Shown here: positions 62,285-64,000 of the stretch, piece after piece
Numbering within the stretch: position 1 is the stretch's first letter
How the letters are laid out: each line of letters begins with the position of its first letter
Source of the DNA: Tubiluchus corallicola
Taxonomy: Eukaryota > Animalia > Priapulida
Assembly: GCA_030141605.1 (NCBI GenBank)
Contig: JAQGDQ010000679.1
Span: forward strand, 1 to 64,000
Length of the DNA: 64,000 bases
Reading direction: 5' to 3'
Translations under genes and position numbers: made by a program
Notes under the pieces: model-generated
Database searches by the model: none
The model's input: the letters and a program-made list of their open reading frames with translations, nothing else
What the model was told of the DNA's origin: nothing

Positions 62285-64000
62285 GCTCATGTCTTTTCTA
62301 AATGTATAAAAGTATTTAATTATTTTTGCAGTGGCTGCAAAGTTTTGGTTTCGTCGATAATGCATTTTCAGTTCTGTTTGTGGATGATAATGGTTACTTA
62401 GCTGCGTTCCTATCCGAAGGAGATCTTGTTATTATCATTGATTTAGCGATAATGTAAGTATGTACACCACTCTACTTATATGCTAAATCTTGAAAACTAC
62501 TTGTGTCTATGTGTGTGCGCATGCGCGTGTGTATGTACAGAAATGGTGTACCTTTGTAGTAGCAGTCTAGTCATGAATGATCAGTCCCGTCATCATAAAT
62601 TGACTCACTGATGCGCGGCCATGTTGTTTATCGCAGTACACATTTTATATGCATTTTAATGAAAATGGGAATTTCTCAGTCGGTCAATCCAGATGGCTGA
62701 ACGAGCATTGTCATCATTTCAGAATGGGACAGAATAATAGATCCCTTTTATAGATCACAAAAACCAACAAAAGCAAACGATTTATTCAATTACTAACGGA
62801 ACAATTATTGTTAAAATAATTTATAAAACTACTTAGAGCAGAACAGTTAAAATTAATTTTTGCATATGTAACACTAATCTAGTTAATGCTAAAGATAAAA
62901 ACATTGCAAATTGAAGCACTACATGAAATTGTATCATTAATTTCGGTGGTATTTGGATTTTCTTGTATAAGCTAAACCCTGCAAAAGAATTTTGCACACA
63001 AACCAATGACAACCCACACCACACAACCCACACCACACCGTCCACACCACCCACACCAAATGACCCATACCACACCATGCCTCACTGCATCGCACCACAC
63101 TCAGTGCATCACTTCACCACTCGATTTCTTTCAGTCTGTCAGTCAGGGATTCTTCCCGGTACCCCTTCATTAAGTTAAACGCGCCCATACAATTTTATCG
63201 ATACATTCACTAATTCTGCTGATTGTGAGTACGTCTTGTTGTCTGTATTTGCTTTACGAAATATTTGTCAATACGAAAGTCCGTGCAAAATCCTCAATAA
63301 TTGATCAAGTAGTTGGTAATTCTCGGGAAATCTTTCTCCATACCCCACCCGCACAAATTACGCAGTGGGCGGATAATGCTCAATGAAGCGGGAAGTTATA
63401 ACATTGTGCACTAGCAAACAGAGGGATCAGACTAGGTTGAGTCAGTAGCTTAAATGCTAAGACGCACGCCAAGAACCCATCAACTCTGTTAAAATACTGA
63501 TTTGTTCACAAATTTTCAGCGCCTCTTTCTTTAACTAATTAGCTGTTAGACTAAATCTTGTAAGCGTGAAGAGTTTCTTAAGTGTGGGTGTTGTTTGTTA
63601 ACTCTGGTCAATTTTCGTACAATACGAAAAACTACCGTCAAAGATGTAGCTTTCATAATGTTAGTTTTTACTAACAGCTAAAAACTGACTCGTTACTAAA
63701 AAACTGCCTGAAATGTCAGACATTTGCAGAAGTCTTACAGTTTGTTTCTCTACTACTAAATCTTTGCATGAAAAAAGTACTATTTTTGCTGAATGAAGTG
63801 CAAAACTTGGGTTTGATAGATGTAAGATTTTGCCGCTTTTAAATCATTTCAAACGCCAATTATGACGCAGTTTTGCTGTCTGCTCTTTCCAGAGTATATC
63901 AGCTGTAAACGGGTTTTTCACTTTTGTCTGAAATGCCCTACTTTTGTCTCTTTCTTATAGAACAACTGTTCCAAATTTCGCCGAATTGGTACTAGATGGT

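Overview
AT-rich, repeat-dense animal (invertebrate, probably lophotrochozoan-type) genomic DNA with spliceosomal GT-AG introns. Three + strand genes can be supported: (1) the last coding exon (2880-3479) of a NAT16/histidine N-acetyltransferase-like gene; (2) a complete ANKRD10 orthologue (CDS 5849-27359, about 396 aa); (3) a complete Rad6/UBE2A-type E2 enzyme (34082-45807, five coding exons, 172 aa). The most striking observation is that ANKRD10 has two intact, same-length (153 nt), same-phase, about 41% identical versions of exon 2 (16033-16185 and 16223-16375). They are separated by only 37 nt, and the only plausible branch point for the second exon lies in or next to the donor site of the first. 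This points to sterically enforced mutually exclusive splicing, and a 1.8-kb pyrimidine-rich minisatellite sits just upstream. The rest is non-autonomous DNA transposons (Harbinger-, piggyBac-, Kolobok-, hAT-, Tc1/pogo- and Helitron-type termini, some nested), LINE and integrase relics, foldback elements and many mini/microsatellites. One is a perfect 8x33-bp array in which each unit is an AGGTCA DR4 element overlapping a TCF/LEF site. Most short ORFs in the supplied track are spurious. All family assignments come from reading the sequence by eye; no database search was run.
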